Shown: one piece after another, positions 1-12,343 of the stretch
How the letters are laid out: each line of letters starts with the position of its first letter
Numbering within the stretch: position 1 is the stretch's first letter
Assembly: GCF_006345805.1 (NCBI RefSeq)
Contig: NC_042997.1
Coordinates: 186,000,001-186,064,000, forward strand
Source: Octopus sinensis
Lineage: Eukaryota
Direction: 5' to 3'
Length of the DNA: 64,000 nucleotides
The notes under the pieces: generated by a model
What the model was told of the DNA's origin: nothing
Databases searched by the model: none
The model's input: the letters and a program-made list of their open reading frames with translations, nothing else
Position numbers and translations under genes: made by a program

Positions 1-808
1 ATTTTTATCGCTTTCAAAGTATTCTCTATTTGAAGCAATGCATCGGTCCAGGCCGATGTTCGAAGCAGCGCTGAAATTCTTGCGAAGTGATTCCTTTTAA
101 CGCCTCCGTTGTTTTTAACTTCACGTCTTCCATATCTGCAAATTCGGTAACACCAGCTTTCCTCACCAGTGATGACCTTCGAAAAACAAAAAAAAAAAAA
201 AAGCTCAGGATCAGCTTCTTTCAGTTCACAACTCTTCTTTCAGTTCACAACACGCACTCAGTTGTGACTAATTTTGATCTTCAATTCGAAGGCGAGGCAC
301 ACATTTTATTGCAACTTTTTTCATTCGCAATTCCTCGCTCAAAATTGGGTGGCAGGAGCTCCAGAATACACCAGTCACATCAATGTGTTTGTCAATTATT
401 CGATGACGGTCCTCCATGAATTTTCATTGTATTTCCATTATTGCGGGAAGTCGACGGTCGTCCTGAACGAGATTGGTCTTCAAGCGACCAGTGACCATTC
501 CTAAAGCGTGGAAACTACTCGCAGCGTCCTTGTAAGATGTTTGAAGCATGACGGCCGCCGTTTTCCTCAGCAGAATTTCACGGAAGCATGCTGTTCCTTT
601 GTTTCAGCCATCGCAAATATCGCTACACAGGGGAGAAACACTGCAAAACAAAGATGCACCACGTTGCAATATGACTTCACGCGACGACGCCGGTTTGCAG
701 ACTAATGTTTGAGGGTCGCATCAAGAGGCTTCTAGCGGCGAAAGCCTGAACTACAACTAGGTTGTACCACACAGAACGTTTCCGGTTACTTTTGGATACC
801 TCCTCGTA
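1..808 (-). mobile_element. Mariner (Tc1/mariner) transposon, internally deleted and decayed; one end lies outside the window
   Basis: Minus-strand translation across frameshifts gives MAETKEQHASVKFC (ATG at 611-609), ...SLEDQSRSGRPSTS..., ...LSEELRMKKV..., FSKVITGEESWCY (degenerate TGDE motif), then jumps to the C-terminus FADMEDVKLKTTEALKGITSQEFQRCFE...LDRCIASNREYFESD. A mariner-type terminus TA|CGAGGAGGTATCCAAAAGTAACCGGA lies at 808-781. Confidence 0.9.
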
Positions 809-2051
809 TATATTAAATCAGCAAATTTTGGTATGGAAACGTACGATAGAGACGTTTCTGGTAACTTGAAACTGGTATCTAAATTTGACACTGAGCTACG
901 TAAACAGTCAATTCCATTTACGGATGTTGTCATACGACTTTATTTGGTTCCTGTATAAAAACTGGAAATAAATACTAGGGATGCTCTGGAATTTATTCAT
1001 CCAGGTATGCCAACCACAGAGGGAGAGAGAGAGAGAGAAAGAAAAGAAGAGAAGGAGAGAGGGGGAAATAAAGAGAGGGGGTGACTTGTAATTAATCAAA
1101 ATGATCATTCTTGATAACAGTTGTAATAAATATTTGGGGTACCACATTCCATTTCTGAATATTCTAAAATAAAGGAAAATTTTTGCAATGCAGATTAGTA
1201 ACATCAAACCTCACAGCTATACTGAAACGAGTTTAGCCAGTAAAGTTTCTGTATCTGAATAGTTGTAAGATATTTGAAATAAGATCGTGTTTAAGCTTCG
1301 CATGTTCTTCACATAATTATTCGAGTAAATTTCATAAGTGTTGACAGCACGCAGTCACTTTCTGAATATAAGCTTATAAGCATTGACTATTGGGAATATT
1401 TCTACGTTGTGAAAAGAGATTAAAGAAATACAGAGAGAGGAAAACCGATAGAGAGAAAGAGAAACAATTGAGAAAGAGAGGAGGAGAGAGTAAGAAATTT
1501 TGAAACCGTTTTTGAGAGACAGATAAGATCACACCGGCAAAGATAAAAATCAATTAATCCTATATAACAATATATTTCTAGTCTTGTTCTAAAATAAATT
1601 TCAAGTTACAACCTCTAGAGAGGTCGTACATTTGCCAGATACGCACATTCTTTCTTGTGATTATAATACCAAAAATGTTTTAGAGTAAGGAAAAAATAGA
1701 GTCAGAAGAAACTAGCTATGGCATGCATCAGCTTAAAACAATTAATAAAATTTGAAAAATAGATTATACATAACTTGATATTATATGCTGGTGCATATTC
1801 CAGAAATGTCAGAGTACACTACGTACTCCAACATATTTTAGATAAACCAAGCTACGAATATATTCTTATATTTAATTAAATTATATAAATTATGCCAAAA
1901 AAAAAAAATTAATTAAATTACATCCTCTTTTGTGTGGTATGTAATATTCCTAGAGGCTAGATCGATTTAGCTATGGCTGATTAATCTTGATATCTACTAC
2001 AGTTATGTTTAGTTAGGCTCTCAGTTTCGTGGCATTCTCCATGCTTCAGGA

Positions 2052-2662
2052 TGTGTTATATGTCAATGTGGAGTATTTTATCATAATAGAGTGATCCCTG
2101 GTTAATTCACAGCTAACAGGAAATGAGAGAGGGAAAGGAACAGGTAAGACGAGACAAGAGACTGTGTAGTTCTTATAGCAGCTTACTGTATAAATCATAT
2201 AGAGAATGCGTTTAGAGAATGCGTGGGCTAAGACTACGCTCCTTCATTGGTCAGTTAAAGTTGAGACAGTGGGCTGCCTGCTGGAGCCTACGGCAGGTAT
2301 TTAAAGGGAAAAAATTTGACAAGACAGTCAGTCGCCGGCTGACACTCATTGACGCTACACCGAAGAGGCCACAGAACAGAAGAAAGAAGAAGGAAGAAGA
2401 AAGAAGACATGCACCTACCACCAGAGCTGAAGACACCTCCGAAGGGGGGGGGGCACGTCAACACAGTAGAGGAGTAGGGGCCGAAACCGGACGTGGTTCC
2501 TCCTGATGATGTCTTGAGCTAACTGGATCCCATAAAGGAGGTGTTGTGGTAGTAGACCACGAAACACGGTTGTAATTCCTTCCTTAAGCTATTGAGAATA
2601 GCTCAATGACTGCAGAAAATATTCCCATAAAAGAATTCTAATCTAAAATACCTTAGTCAACA
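2052..2662 (+). mobile_element. Possible solo LTR
   Basis: TG...CA termini, 4/5-matching flanks CAGGA (2047-2051) and AAGGA (2663-2667), internal ATTGG and TATTTAAA motifs, and higher GC than the flanks. No second copy in the window. Confidence 0.3.
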
Positions 2663-3341
2663 AAGGAGCCTCCATATGCACGTTCAAACCATACCTTAAC
2701 AATTATTTCGAAAAGCGGGCCACTCGAGACATGGCCAAAAAGTAAGTGGGCCCCACTTCTAAAAGTCATTGAAATTGACTTTGGTTGGTCATGCCGTTCA
2801 AAAAGTCCCGCTGGTCGCAGTTTGCTCATGACTGCCTCAACCTATTAGAGTAAAAGGGTGTGCCTGTTACTAGACGTAGTGTACGGGATAGTTAGGGTTA
2901 CAGTTGCTTTGATCATAAACTTGCAAGATCAGAGTAAACTTGGAGCTAAGCAAAAACAGAGTAGCAGTTTTATATTTCACAAACCCGTTAAGTCAATCGT
3001 CCATTAAATCAAACGCAATTTAGAAATGTCTACAATAGTGGTTTCGCTCAACATGTTTTTGTCAATAGGAATTTGAATGATAGCGGGATAAAGATTTTGT
3101 AACCTACATGTTAAGACCGATGTTCTGTATAGGAACCCAACCCTTTTATGACATAACAAAGACTCCTGGGTTGCTACAGGGTTGCTACAGGATGGCTTAC
3201 AGGATAGCTACACATTTATCTGAAATCTGAAAAATGGATTTGAGTATATGGATCGAATTAGCTTTACGTGTTCTTAAATCTTTCAAACACTAACATGCAG
3301 TATCAGTCAGATAATATTTCAAAAATAAAAAATACACACGT

Positions 3342-3375
<34 letters not shown>

Positions 3376-4317
3376 CAAAAAAGAAACCAAGATTAAAGAT
3401 ATAAATTACCGAAATTATATAAAGATATAAATTGCCGACATTTTAAAAATTTAATCAAGCGTATAATGGATAAACAGGCTGTTGTTACACCAGTGTATGC
3501 TTGCATACATGGTAACATATTTATGCATATCTATAGACTACAGTAAATTTTGATTCATGGCTATCACTGAGCTTTAACCTAATTTTTTCGTATTAAAAAA
3601 TGTCGGCTTTTACTATGCTTCAGACATATTTTAACAGTAGTCTTTTTTATTTAGTTTTCCTAATATTTCATGCACAGGAGATTAGAGAAGGGGATGAGGA
3701 GAGCTAATGGGAGAGTGGGTGGAAAGAAAACACATTATTCACACACACACACACACACATACACACACAAACACACACACATACCTACACAAATACACAC
3801 ATACACAAACACACACGGTATATTGATGCAAGGAGGTAAAATCTGGGAGAAATGACTTAGCGATAATTTATAAGCGAGCTTTTCTTCGGTTTAAATCACA
3901 CGTTCTCTCAGTAAGAGAATTTATTTTAATGCCCAGAACTTAAAGAATATATGTCAGTCCTGGGATTCTTTGTGAATTTGTGTCGAAGAAAGTATTGGGT
4001 TAGGCAAGGGTCACAGAAAGATGGAAGGGGATTTCATACAGCGCCTGTCATTAGAATTAGATCATGAACAATGTTGAGATGACAAATGTATTCAATGCAA
4101 AATAAGTTCAAAGGCACATGTTGTTTGCTGTTTACACATATTCATTCGTACATGCACAGAAAAGGGACAGATACACGCATATGCATATATGTCCATGAGT
4201 GGAAGTGTCTATGTGTGAATAAATATATGTCTCTGTGCGTTTTGCTTATAGGTGTATCGTCTGCGTACGTTTAAGTTATATGTCTACGTGTGTGTGTATT
4301 AATATTATATACGCAAA

Positions 4318-4364
<47 letters not shown>

Positions 4365-4495
4365 ATTAATATATATCCACATTAAAATATTCAATATTTA
4401 TATAAATATATAAAGAAATTATCTTCAGTTGTATATGTTATGTTTCTTTGTACATCTGTATGCCTATATGTAATACTTTGTATACACACTGAAAT

Positions 4496-4617
4496 ATGTA
4501 TATGTATGTATGCATGAATGTTTGTATGTATGCATGTATGTATGTATGTATGTATGAATGCATGTATGTATGTATATATGTATGTATATATGTATGTATC
4601 TATCTATCAATCAATCA

Positions 4618-4703
<86 letters not shown>

Positions 4704-4704
4704 A

Positions 4705-4792
<88 letters not shown>

Positions 4793-5024
4793 AGTCTATA
4801 TATGTATGTATGTATGCATGTATGTATGCATGTATGTGTGTATGTATGCATGTATGTATGTATGCATGTATGTATGTATTTATGTATGTTTGTATGTATG
4901 TATGTATGTATGTATGTATGTATGTATTTATGTATGTTTGTGTGTATGTATGTATGTATGTGTGTATGTATGTATGTATGTATGTATGTATTTATGTATG
5001 TATTTATGTATGTTTGTGTGTGTG

Positions 5025-5053
<29 letters not shown>
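4496..5053. repeat. Compound tetranucleotide microsatellite (TATG)n-(TATC)n-(TGTC)n-(TATC)n-(TATG)n
   Basis: Directly visible; accounts for three overlapping spurious ORFs. Confidence 0.97.
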
Positions 5054-5057
<4 letters not shown>

Positions 5058-5574
5058 TTCTTGCATTTCTGCTGACTCACAGTGATATACACGAGAGTTC
5101 TGATCCTTTCATTAAGCCATCGATAAATATGATTACTTGTACTTGAAATAAATATATAAAGTGTTTAATTCTAAATGACATTAATGCGGGGGTGGGAAGG
5201 TGTATAATAATGTTGACTAGAATCCAAATTTGGAGAATCTAAGATGGCGGAATAACAAAAATCATAGAGCGTTAGACGAAATGGATTTTAGAAAAACAAT
5301 TTTAACTGTTTGAATCATAACGATTTGTTAGATAGGCATAAACGCCATAAATTTAATGGAGGGAGATAACAGCTAGTGAAAGGTACCTTATATTCTTGAT
5401 TCCTAGACGAATGAAAGTAAAAGCTGATCTTGGTGGAATTTGAACTCAAAATGTAAAAAAGCAAGAACAAACACAGCATCTGATTTTCTTCGACGTCTTA
5501 ACGATTTTATCAAACAACAGTCCTTGTGTAACATAATAAAACAGAGAGTTTGATGAGCCTACATTGGTTTCCCT

Positions 5575-5765
5575 AAGTGATCATTCGACATGCTAAAAAT
5601 CGTAACACTATCTTCCTTAAATGACCTTCAGCTGCTTTTAAAACAAGACACGCTGGATAATACAGTTCTGGCTTCAATGTAAATAGGAAAGAGATGGGAT
5701 AATTATGGTTGGAAGGCATTTCTCATAGATATACCTAATTTATATTGGCATGAGAATAAGCAACA
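5575..5765 (+). repeat. Old diverged dispersed repeat (similar copies near 21815-21990, 40365-40530, 41305-41480)
   Basis: Shared degenerate motifs TTCGAT/CNTGCTAGAAATA(G/A)CAGCCAAATCT, ATGGTTGGAANGCNTTT and TCATAGAT across four loci, judged by eye. Confidence 0.45.
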
Positions 5766-6353
5766 ACAATAAGAAAAAGTTCAAATTCAATAACAATTAC
5801 TAAAGAGTTCAGAGAAATAAATTTTATACTGAATGCAAAAGGAAAAACGTAACGTTTGGAGTAGAGCCCTTGTTTTAGAGTGTGATAAATACCTTTCAAT
5901 TATGTTATGTAATGGATTAGTAGAATCGTTAGGGAATCCAACAAAACTTGTATTTCTTCCATTCTAAGCCAAACTTCTACCGAATCTAACGTCGATCTCC
6001 ATCTTTACGGGATAGAGAAAAATACGTGCGAGTCAAGTCCTAGAAATGAAGGTATCGACGAATCCCCAACCTTCTCGTATTTGTTGGTTATGTGACTAAA
6101 TCGGCAAACAGTTTGTTCGCCGAAATTATAAACAAAAGCCACAGGCTCTTGTTTAGAATCCAAGGGTTCTTCCGACTGAGGAGTAATATAGGGTCCCAGT
6201 GACCCTTGCACCTGTGAGTTGAGTGTATTATGAACATATTTTACTTGTAAAACCAGTAGCTCTTTCCAGTGACATACACAACACCGATTTTCATATCTGC
6301 GTTCGAATCGGCTAGATCTTATCAAGAATGAATATAGAAATTATATATATATA

Positions 6354-6528
6354 AGGGGAGAATTCACAAAAAAAAAGACGAAGACAGGTGGTGTAGACAG
6401 CAAATAGATGTATTAGTATAACACTCGGGAAGTGAAAAAGTCTTTAACGTTTCGAGCCTACGCTCTTCAGCAGAAAGGAACACAGAAAGAAACAAGGAGA
6501 GAAAATAAAGAATGTGTAGTCGCTAGCG

Positions 6529-6530
<2 letters not shown>
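6354..6530 (-). mobile_element. Penelope-like pLTR fragment with minimal hammerhead
   Basis: Lies between (TA)n and (TATC)n; contains the hammerhead-like fold at 6442-6477 followed, on the minus strand, by a U-rich tail ending CCCC next to TA repeats. Confidence 0.65.
6442..6477 (-). ncRNA. Minimal type-I hammerhead ribozyme, variant core
   Basis: Minus strand reads CUUU-CUGCUGA-A-GAGC(GUAG)GCUC-GAAA-CG-UU-AAAG: 4-bp stem I, 4-bp stem II, palindromic ACGU stem III. The core has A6>C relative to CUGANGA. Confidence 0.6.
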
Positions 6531-6613
<83 letters not shown>

Positions 6614-6631
6614 GCTGTCTATCTATCTATC

Positions 6632-6700
<69 letters not shown>

Positions 6701-6708
6701 TATCTTCT

Positions 6709-6741
<33 letters not shown>

Positions 6742-6744
6742 ACA

Positions 6745-6791
<47 letters not shown>

Positions 6792-7468
6792 GTATTGCCG
6801 AAAATTCTAGAAAAGTAGCTTACAGCTGTAAAACCTGAAAATTCATCCTGTCATTCACATTTCTTATGTGTTCTGCTTATTTCGTACGGAGCAAGGTAAA
6901 CGTGTTGCGTCGAGTAACACACATTCATTAAATGCAAAGATTTAAATTACTTGCAGTACGTTAATAAAATTATCTAGTAAGTTGCTTTACAGACGATCCC
7001 TAAATAGTATGTATTTTAAAGTTTGTTCCAGTAACTTAGTAGATGTACATTTGTAAAGATAAACGGTGCGGATTTACAAAATATTTGAAAACTGAAGTAA
7101 AAGTGTGATTATTGTCTTCACACACAACCTACCAAACATTCGAACAGCCAACAAGGAATATATGACAAATTTCAGTAGTATAAAGGGTTAACTAATGATT
7201 ACGACTAAAATGAGAACGAAATCCTATATATATGGCTGCGTTTCAAATATCATTGTGAGCCTTAGATTTTACAATCTCATAGATTTGGGTGTGTGCTTTT
7301 TTATGATTAGAGTGTAATGGCTATCTTTTCATAGTTGTGATCGAGAAGTAAAAGACAAGGAAACAGTTACTAGGATCAATAGATTTCTTATTAATTATCT
7401 CTGATACGTTAATTTTCTCAAAATATCAGATAACTTAATGGTTCAGTCTAAATATGTATATGTATAGG

Positions 7469-7517
<49 letters not shown>

Positions 7518-7699
7518 TAAGCAATAAAGGGTTTAGCAACGAATTGCCTTACCACATACCGAATTTAGAAATAGCAGTCAAAGAGTTATAGCTATTTCTT
7601 TCTACTAAAAAGGGAGATCTCAGTAAAAACAGCAATTGGAAGGCAGACACAAACTAAGAGAGAATGAATTGACGGCAATCTATATACAATTTTAAGTTA

Positions 7700-7799
7700 T
7701 CTACGGACGTACGTTTCGAAATCAAGTTTTTAGGAAAGCATAAGAATTAAATATTAAATAATTCTACCTTACCAAAACTTCTTTTCTCTTCAGCGTAGA
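7700..7799 (-). ncRNA. Type-I hammerhead ribozyme with long stem II (unit 1)
   Basis: Minus strand: UCUACG-CUGAAGA-[GAAA...UUUC, ~69-nt stem II hairpin]-GAA-ACGUACGU-C^CGUAGA. Perfect core, GUC triplet, 6-bp stem I; predicted cut between 7706 and 7705. Confidence 0.9.
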
Positions 7800-8287
7800 A
7801 TACTATAATCATAAATGATTATATATTGAATTTTGAGATACTAGAGGGCACCAACTCAACTCAGTATCAGAGCGAGCTAGAATCCGCAACTAGTATCACT
7901 AAATTCAAAGTGTGAATGAAAAGATTGTGTCACCAGCCCCTTCCCACCCGCGTGTAGCCAAAACAAGATGCTGTGGTCATCTACTGAGATAAAATATGGT
8001 TATCCGTAATAATGAAGGGTGAATTAATAATTTGGAATAATTATCAATTACACCAAGTAGTCTTCGGCATGTAAAAGCCTCATTCGAGGAAAATTTAAGT
8101 AATACAAGCAATAAGGGTTTAGCACGAATTGCCTTACCACATACCGAATTTAGAAATAGCAGTCAAAGAGTTATAGCTATTTCTTCTACTAAAAAGGGAG
8201 ATCTCAGTAAAAACAGCAATTGGAAGGCAGACACAAACAGGTAAGAGAGAATGAATTGACGGCAATCTATAATACAATTTTAAGTTA

Positions 8288-8388
8288 TCTACGGACGTAC
8301 GTTTCGAAAATCAAGTTTTTAGGAAAGCATAAGAATTAAATATTAAATAATTCTACCTTACCAAAACTTCTTTTCTCTTCAGCGTAGA
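8288..8388 (-). ncRNA. Type-I hammerhead ribozyme with long stem II (unit 2)
   Basis: Same structure as 7700-7799; predicted cut between 8294 and 8293, 588 nt from the first. Confidence 0.9.
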
Positions 8389-8801
8389 ATACTATAATCA
8401 TAAATGATGATATATTGAATTTTGAGATACTAGAGGGCACCAACTCAACTCAGTATCAGAGCGAGTTAGAATCCGCAACTAGTATCACTAATTCAAAGTG
8501 TGAATGAAAAAGATTGTGTCACCAGCCCCTTCCCACCGCGTGTAGCCAAAACAAGATGCTGTGGTCATCTACTGAGATAAAATATGGTTATCCGTAATAA
8601 TGAAGGGTGAAATTAATTAATTTGGAATAATTATCAATTACACCAAGTAGTCTTCGGCATGTAAAAGCCTCATTCGAGGAAAATTTAAGTAAATAAGCAA
8701 TAAAGGGTTTAGCAACGAATTGCCTTACCCGTACCGAATTTAGAAATAGCAGTCAAAGAGTTATAGCTATTTCTTCTACTAAAAAGGGAGATCTCAGTAA
8801 A

Positions 8802-8836
<35 letters not shown>

Positions 8837-9042
8837 ATATATTAAATACACTATATATATATATACACACACACATACATAAATATATCCAAATGTTCTA
8901 TTTTTCCGACATCCAAAGCTAAAATTATATTTAAAGATATCTAACTACCATTCAAGTAAGCATTTATCAATTAATCTATCTATCTAATCTAAGTATATAT
9001 TACCCATCTCTCTTGATTTTCTTCCCATCCTTTTCTCCCTTC

Positions 9043-9099
<57 letters not shown>

Positions 9100-9350
9100 T
9101 ATGTATATATACATATATGTATATATATATATATGTATATAAATATGTATATGTGTTATATGTATGTATATATAATATATATATATACTATATATATATA
9201 TTATATATATATTATATATATTACATATATATATGCCATAAATACGTATATTATATATATATATATATATACACGCGCGTATATGTATAGGAATGTAGGA
9301 ATGTGTATATACAGGTGTAACATAATTATTCATATACATTTTTAATTATC

Positions 9351-9384
<34 letters not shown>

Positions 9385-9850
9385 GTTATGTAATACGTCG
9401 TATGCATCCCTGACCCAACAAACCATTTATTTATATTACAACCTAATGATATCTTTTCTTCTCTCCTCCGTTTTATGCACCAGTTTTTGTTTTTCTTTTA
9501 TTTCTTCCTTTCTCTATTTTCACATCAACATCTGTTAACCATTTATACAAAAATATACGTATGGGTCATTAAAAAGCAATCTAATACAACAAGGGTTGTT
9601 GTTGTTGTTGTTATTTTTGTCATGATCATTATTAATATTTTGCTTGTTGTTGATGACGATTACTTTTTTTTTATCTTTTAGAAAAAAATACGAGGTATAT
9701 GTATGTTTCTAATATAAAAAAGCTAGCTTTTATTACAAAGGAGCGAAAACGCCTAGGATTTCCAGCTTATCTTTTCATTTCTGTTTTCATTATATATATA
9801 TATATATACATATACACACATACATATGTATACATATATATATATATGTA

Positions 9851-10015
9851 GGCGTAGGAGTGGCTGTGTAGTAAGTACCTTGCTTACCAACCACATGGTT
9901 CCGGGTTCAGTCTCACTGCGTGCCACCTTGGGCAAGTGCCTTCTACTATAGCCTCGGGCCGACCAAAGCCCTGTGTGTGGATTTGGTTGACGGAAACTGA
10001 AAAAAGCCCGCCGTA

Positions 10016-10020
<5 letters not shown>
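9851..10020 (+). mobile_element. SINE family A (tRNA-derived head, CORE-like ACCTTGGGCAAG), 5' half
   Basis: GGCGTAGGAGTGGCTGTGT...GGGTTCAGTC (A/B-box-like), matching about 20 other copies in the window. Confidence 0.9.
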
Positions 10021-10045
<25 letters not shown>

Positions 10046-10047
<2 letters not shown>

Positions 10048-10260
10048 AATCAATGATTAAGGGTTAAATCAATTAATTATTAATTAATTAATTTCACCAA
10101 GTAGTGTTCAGTATGTAAAAGGACCATTCAAGGCGTATTCAATATATTACATTATATAATTAGGGCTCAGTAAAATAATGTTGGCTGCTATTTCTAAAAA
10201 ATTTCAGTATGTGGCAAAGTAAATTATTTTACTGAGCCCTAATTATATTAACGTTATAAC
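10046..10260. mobile_element. Fragment related to the 588-bp unit, with fold-back inversion, inserted in (TA)n
   Basis: CACCAAGTAGTGTTCAGTATGTAAAAG resembles the unit end; 10183-10225 is an inverted relative of the unit start; perfect 26-bp inverted repeat 10154-10179/10223-10248. Confidence 0.7.
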
Positions 10261-10311
10261 GTTATATATATATATATTATATATAGTATATATATATATA
10301 TATATTATATG

Positions 10312-10427
<116 letters not shown>

Positions 10428-10447
10428 GATATATATATAATGTATAT

Positions 10448-10479
<32 letters not shown>

Positions 10480-10507
10480 ATATATATTAATATATATATA
10501 ATAGATA

Positions 10508-10575
<68 letters not shown>

Positions 10576-10623
10576 TATATAATATATATATACGTATATT
10601 ATGTGTATACATATACAAACATT

Positions 10624-10990
10624 GGCAGTGCAATGGCCCGATGGCTAGGGCAGTGGACTCGCGGTCATAGGATCGCGGTTTCGATTCCCAACCCGGGCTT
10701 TGTGAGTGTTTATTAAGCGGAAACACCTAAAGTTCCACGAGGCTCCGGCAGGGGGATGTGGTGGCGAACCCTCCTGTATTCTTTCACCACAACTTTCTCT
10801 CAATCTTTCTTCTTGTTTCTGTTGTACCTGTATTTCAAAGGTTTAACTTTTCACACACCGTGTCACGCTGAATCTTCCCCGAGTTCCTGTGTAGTGCTCA
10901 GCCATTTGCACGTTAATTTCATAGGCAGGCTGCTCTGCTTATCAGATCAACTGGAACCCTTGCCGTCGCAACCGACGAAATACCACGCAT
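10624..10990 (+). mobile_element. SINE family C (tRNA-derived head)
   Basis: TGGCCCGATGG A-box and GTTTCGATTCC B-box; the same head occurs at 26203-26505, 41930-42115 and 49089-49345. Confidence 0.85.
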
Positions 10991-11338
10991 AAACATACTA
11001 TATATATACATATATATTTATACACACACACACGCACACACTCATATATATGTCTTGATTGTATATCTTCTTTCCTTTTTGCCCGTTATTCTTTCCATAA
11101 TTGATAATTAAATAATATATATCGGGATAAAATGATAAAAACTATATTAAACAATATCTAATACCTTTCTCGATGCTCTTCATTACCAATAAAAAAGAAT
11201 CACATGTATCATAAAAATGTGTGTGTGGGGGGGGGGGGGTGAACGGGTGTGAATGCGATATATATGAGTATGTGCATGTCTGTGTAAGTGTGTGTGTGTG
11301 TGAGATATAATGTCAAAATTGGTTAGATGTTTAAGAAA

Positions 11339-11487
11339 GGCGCAGGAGTGGCTGTGTGATAAGTAGCTTGCTTACCAACCACATGGTTCCAGGTTCAGTC
11401 CGGGCAAGTATCTTCTACTATAACCTCGGGCCGACCAAGGCCTTGTGAGTGGATTTGGTAGACAGCAACTGAAAGAAACCCGTCGTA

Positions 11488-11530
<43 letters not shown>

Positions 11531-11737
11531 TTGTGTGTATATGTTTTGTGTCTGTGTTTGTCGTCCCAATATCGCTTGATAACCGATACTGGTGTGTTTA
11601 GGTCCCTGTAACTTTGCTGTTCGAAAAAAGACACCGATAGAATAAGTACTAGGCTTACAAAGAATAAGTGCTTGGGCCGATTTGATTCGACTAAAGGTGG
11701 TGCTCCAGCATGGCCGCAGTCAAATGACTGAAACAAA
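11339..11737 (+). mobile_element. SINE family A, near full length
   Basis: Head, internal (TA)n(TG)n, and 3' CAGTCAAATGACTGAAACAA. Confidence 0.92.
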
Positions 11738-11904
11738 TCTATGTATTTGGAGTATCATATTTTACATTACACATTTGATATTTTATTTTTATTCATTCTG
11801 TCATCCTTATATTTGTTTTCTTTCTCTAATTTCTCTTTTTTTTTTTTTTTTGCTATTGTTTATGCTTTATGCTCATAGCAAAGACAAAAGCATATAAGAA
11901 CTAT

Positions 11905-12343
11905 ATTCTTTTCTACTCTAGGCACAAAGCCCGAAAATTTGTCGGGGTGGGGGCAGTCGATTAGATCGACTCACAGTTCGCAACTTTATCGACTCTGAAA
12001 GGATAAAAGGCGAAGTCAAACTCAGTGGAATTTGAACTCAGATCGTAAAGACAGACGAAATGCCGGTAAGCATTTTGCCCGGCGTGCTAACGTTTCTGCT
12101 AGTTCACCGCCTTGCATATAAGATCTACATTTTTTTCTAATCTAGGCACAAGGCCCGAAATTTGGGGGAGGGGTCCAGTAGATTAGATCGACCCGGTACG
12201 CAATTGCTACTTCCTTTATCGACCCCGAAAGGACGAAAGGCAAACTCGACATCGGCGGAATTTGAACTCAGAACGTAAAGACAGACGAAATGCCACTAAG
12301 CATTTCGCCCGGCGTGCTAACGTTTCTGTAGGCTCAACACTTT
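11905..12343 (-). mobile_element. SINE family B, two tandem copies
   Basis: Each copy has the GAGTTCAAATTCC B-box and GCCTTTCATCCTTTCGGGGTCGATAAA central domain; GCATATAAGA(A/T)CTA(T/C)ATT direct repeats at about 11890, 12114 and 12344. Confidence 0.9.

Larger units (their letters stand above)
7519..8804 (-). mobile_element. Tandem array of ~588-bp hammerhead-containing units (retrozyme/PLE pLTR-like), about 2.2 copies
   Basis: Units start at about 7519, 8106 and 8695 (AAGCAATAAAGGGTTTAGC). They are nearly identical apart from small indels, are flanked on both sides by (TA)n, and each full unit has one hammerhead. Confidence 0.9.

Noticed and set aside
2500-2580. CTGATGA...GAAACACGGTTGTA hammerhead candidate
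   Set aside because: No stem I complementarity and stem II does not close properly.
4496-5146. Long ORFs such as MYVCMYVC.../YLSIYLSI...
   Set aside because: Stop-free translations of tetranucleotide microsatellites; the same applies to all TA, CA and CT repeat ORFs.
6005-6325. Possible coding exon on the minus strand
   Set aside because: No recognisable homology, and the end overlaps a decayed SINE B.
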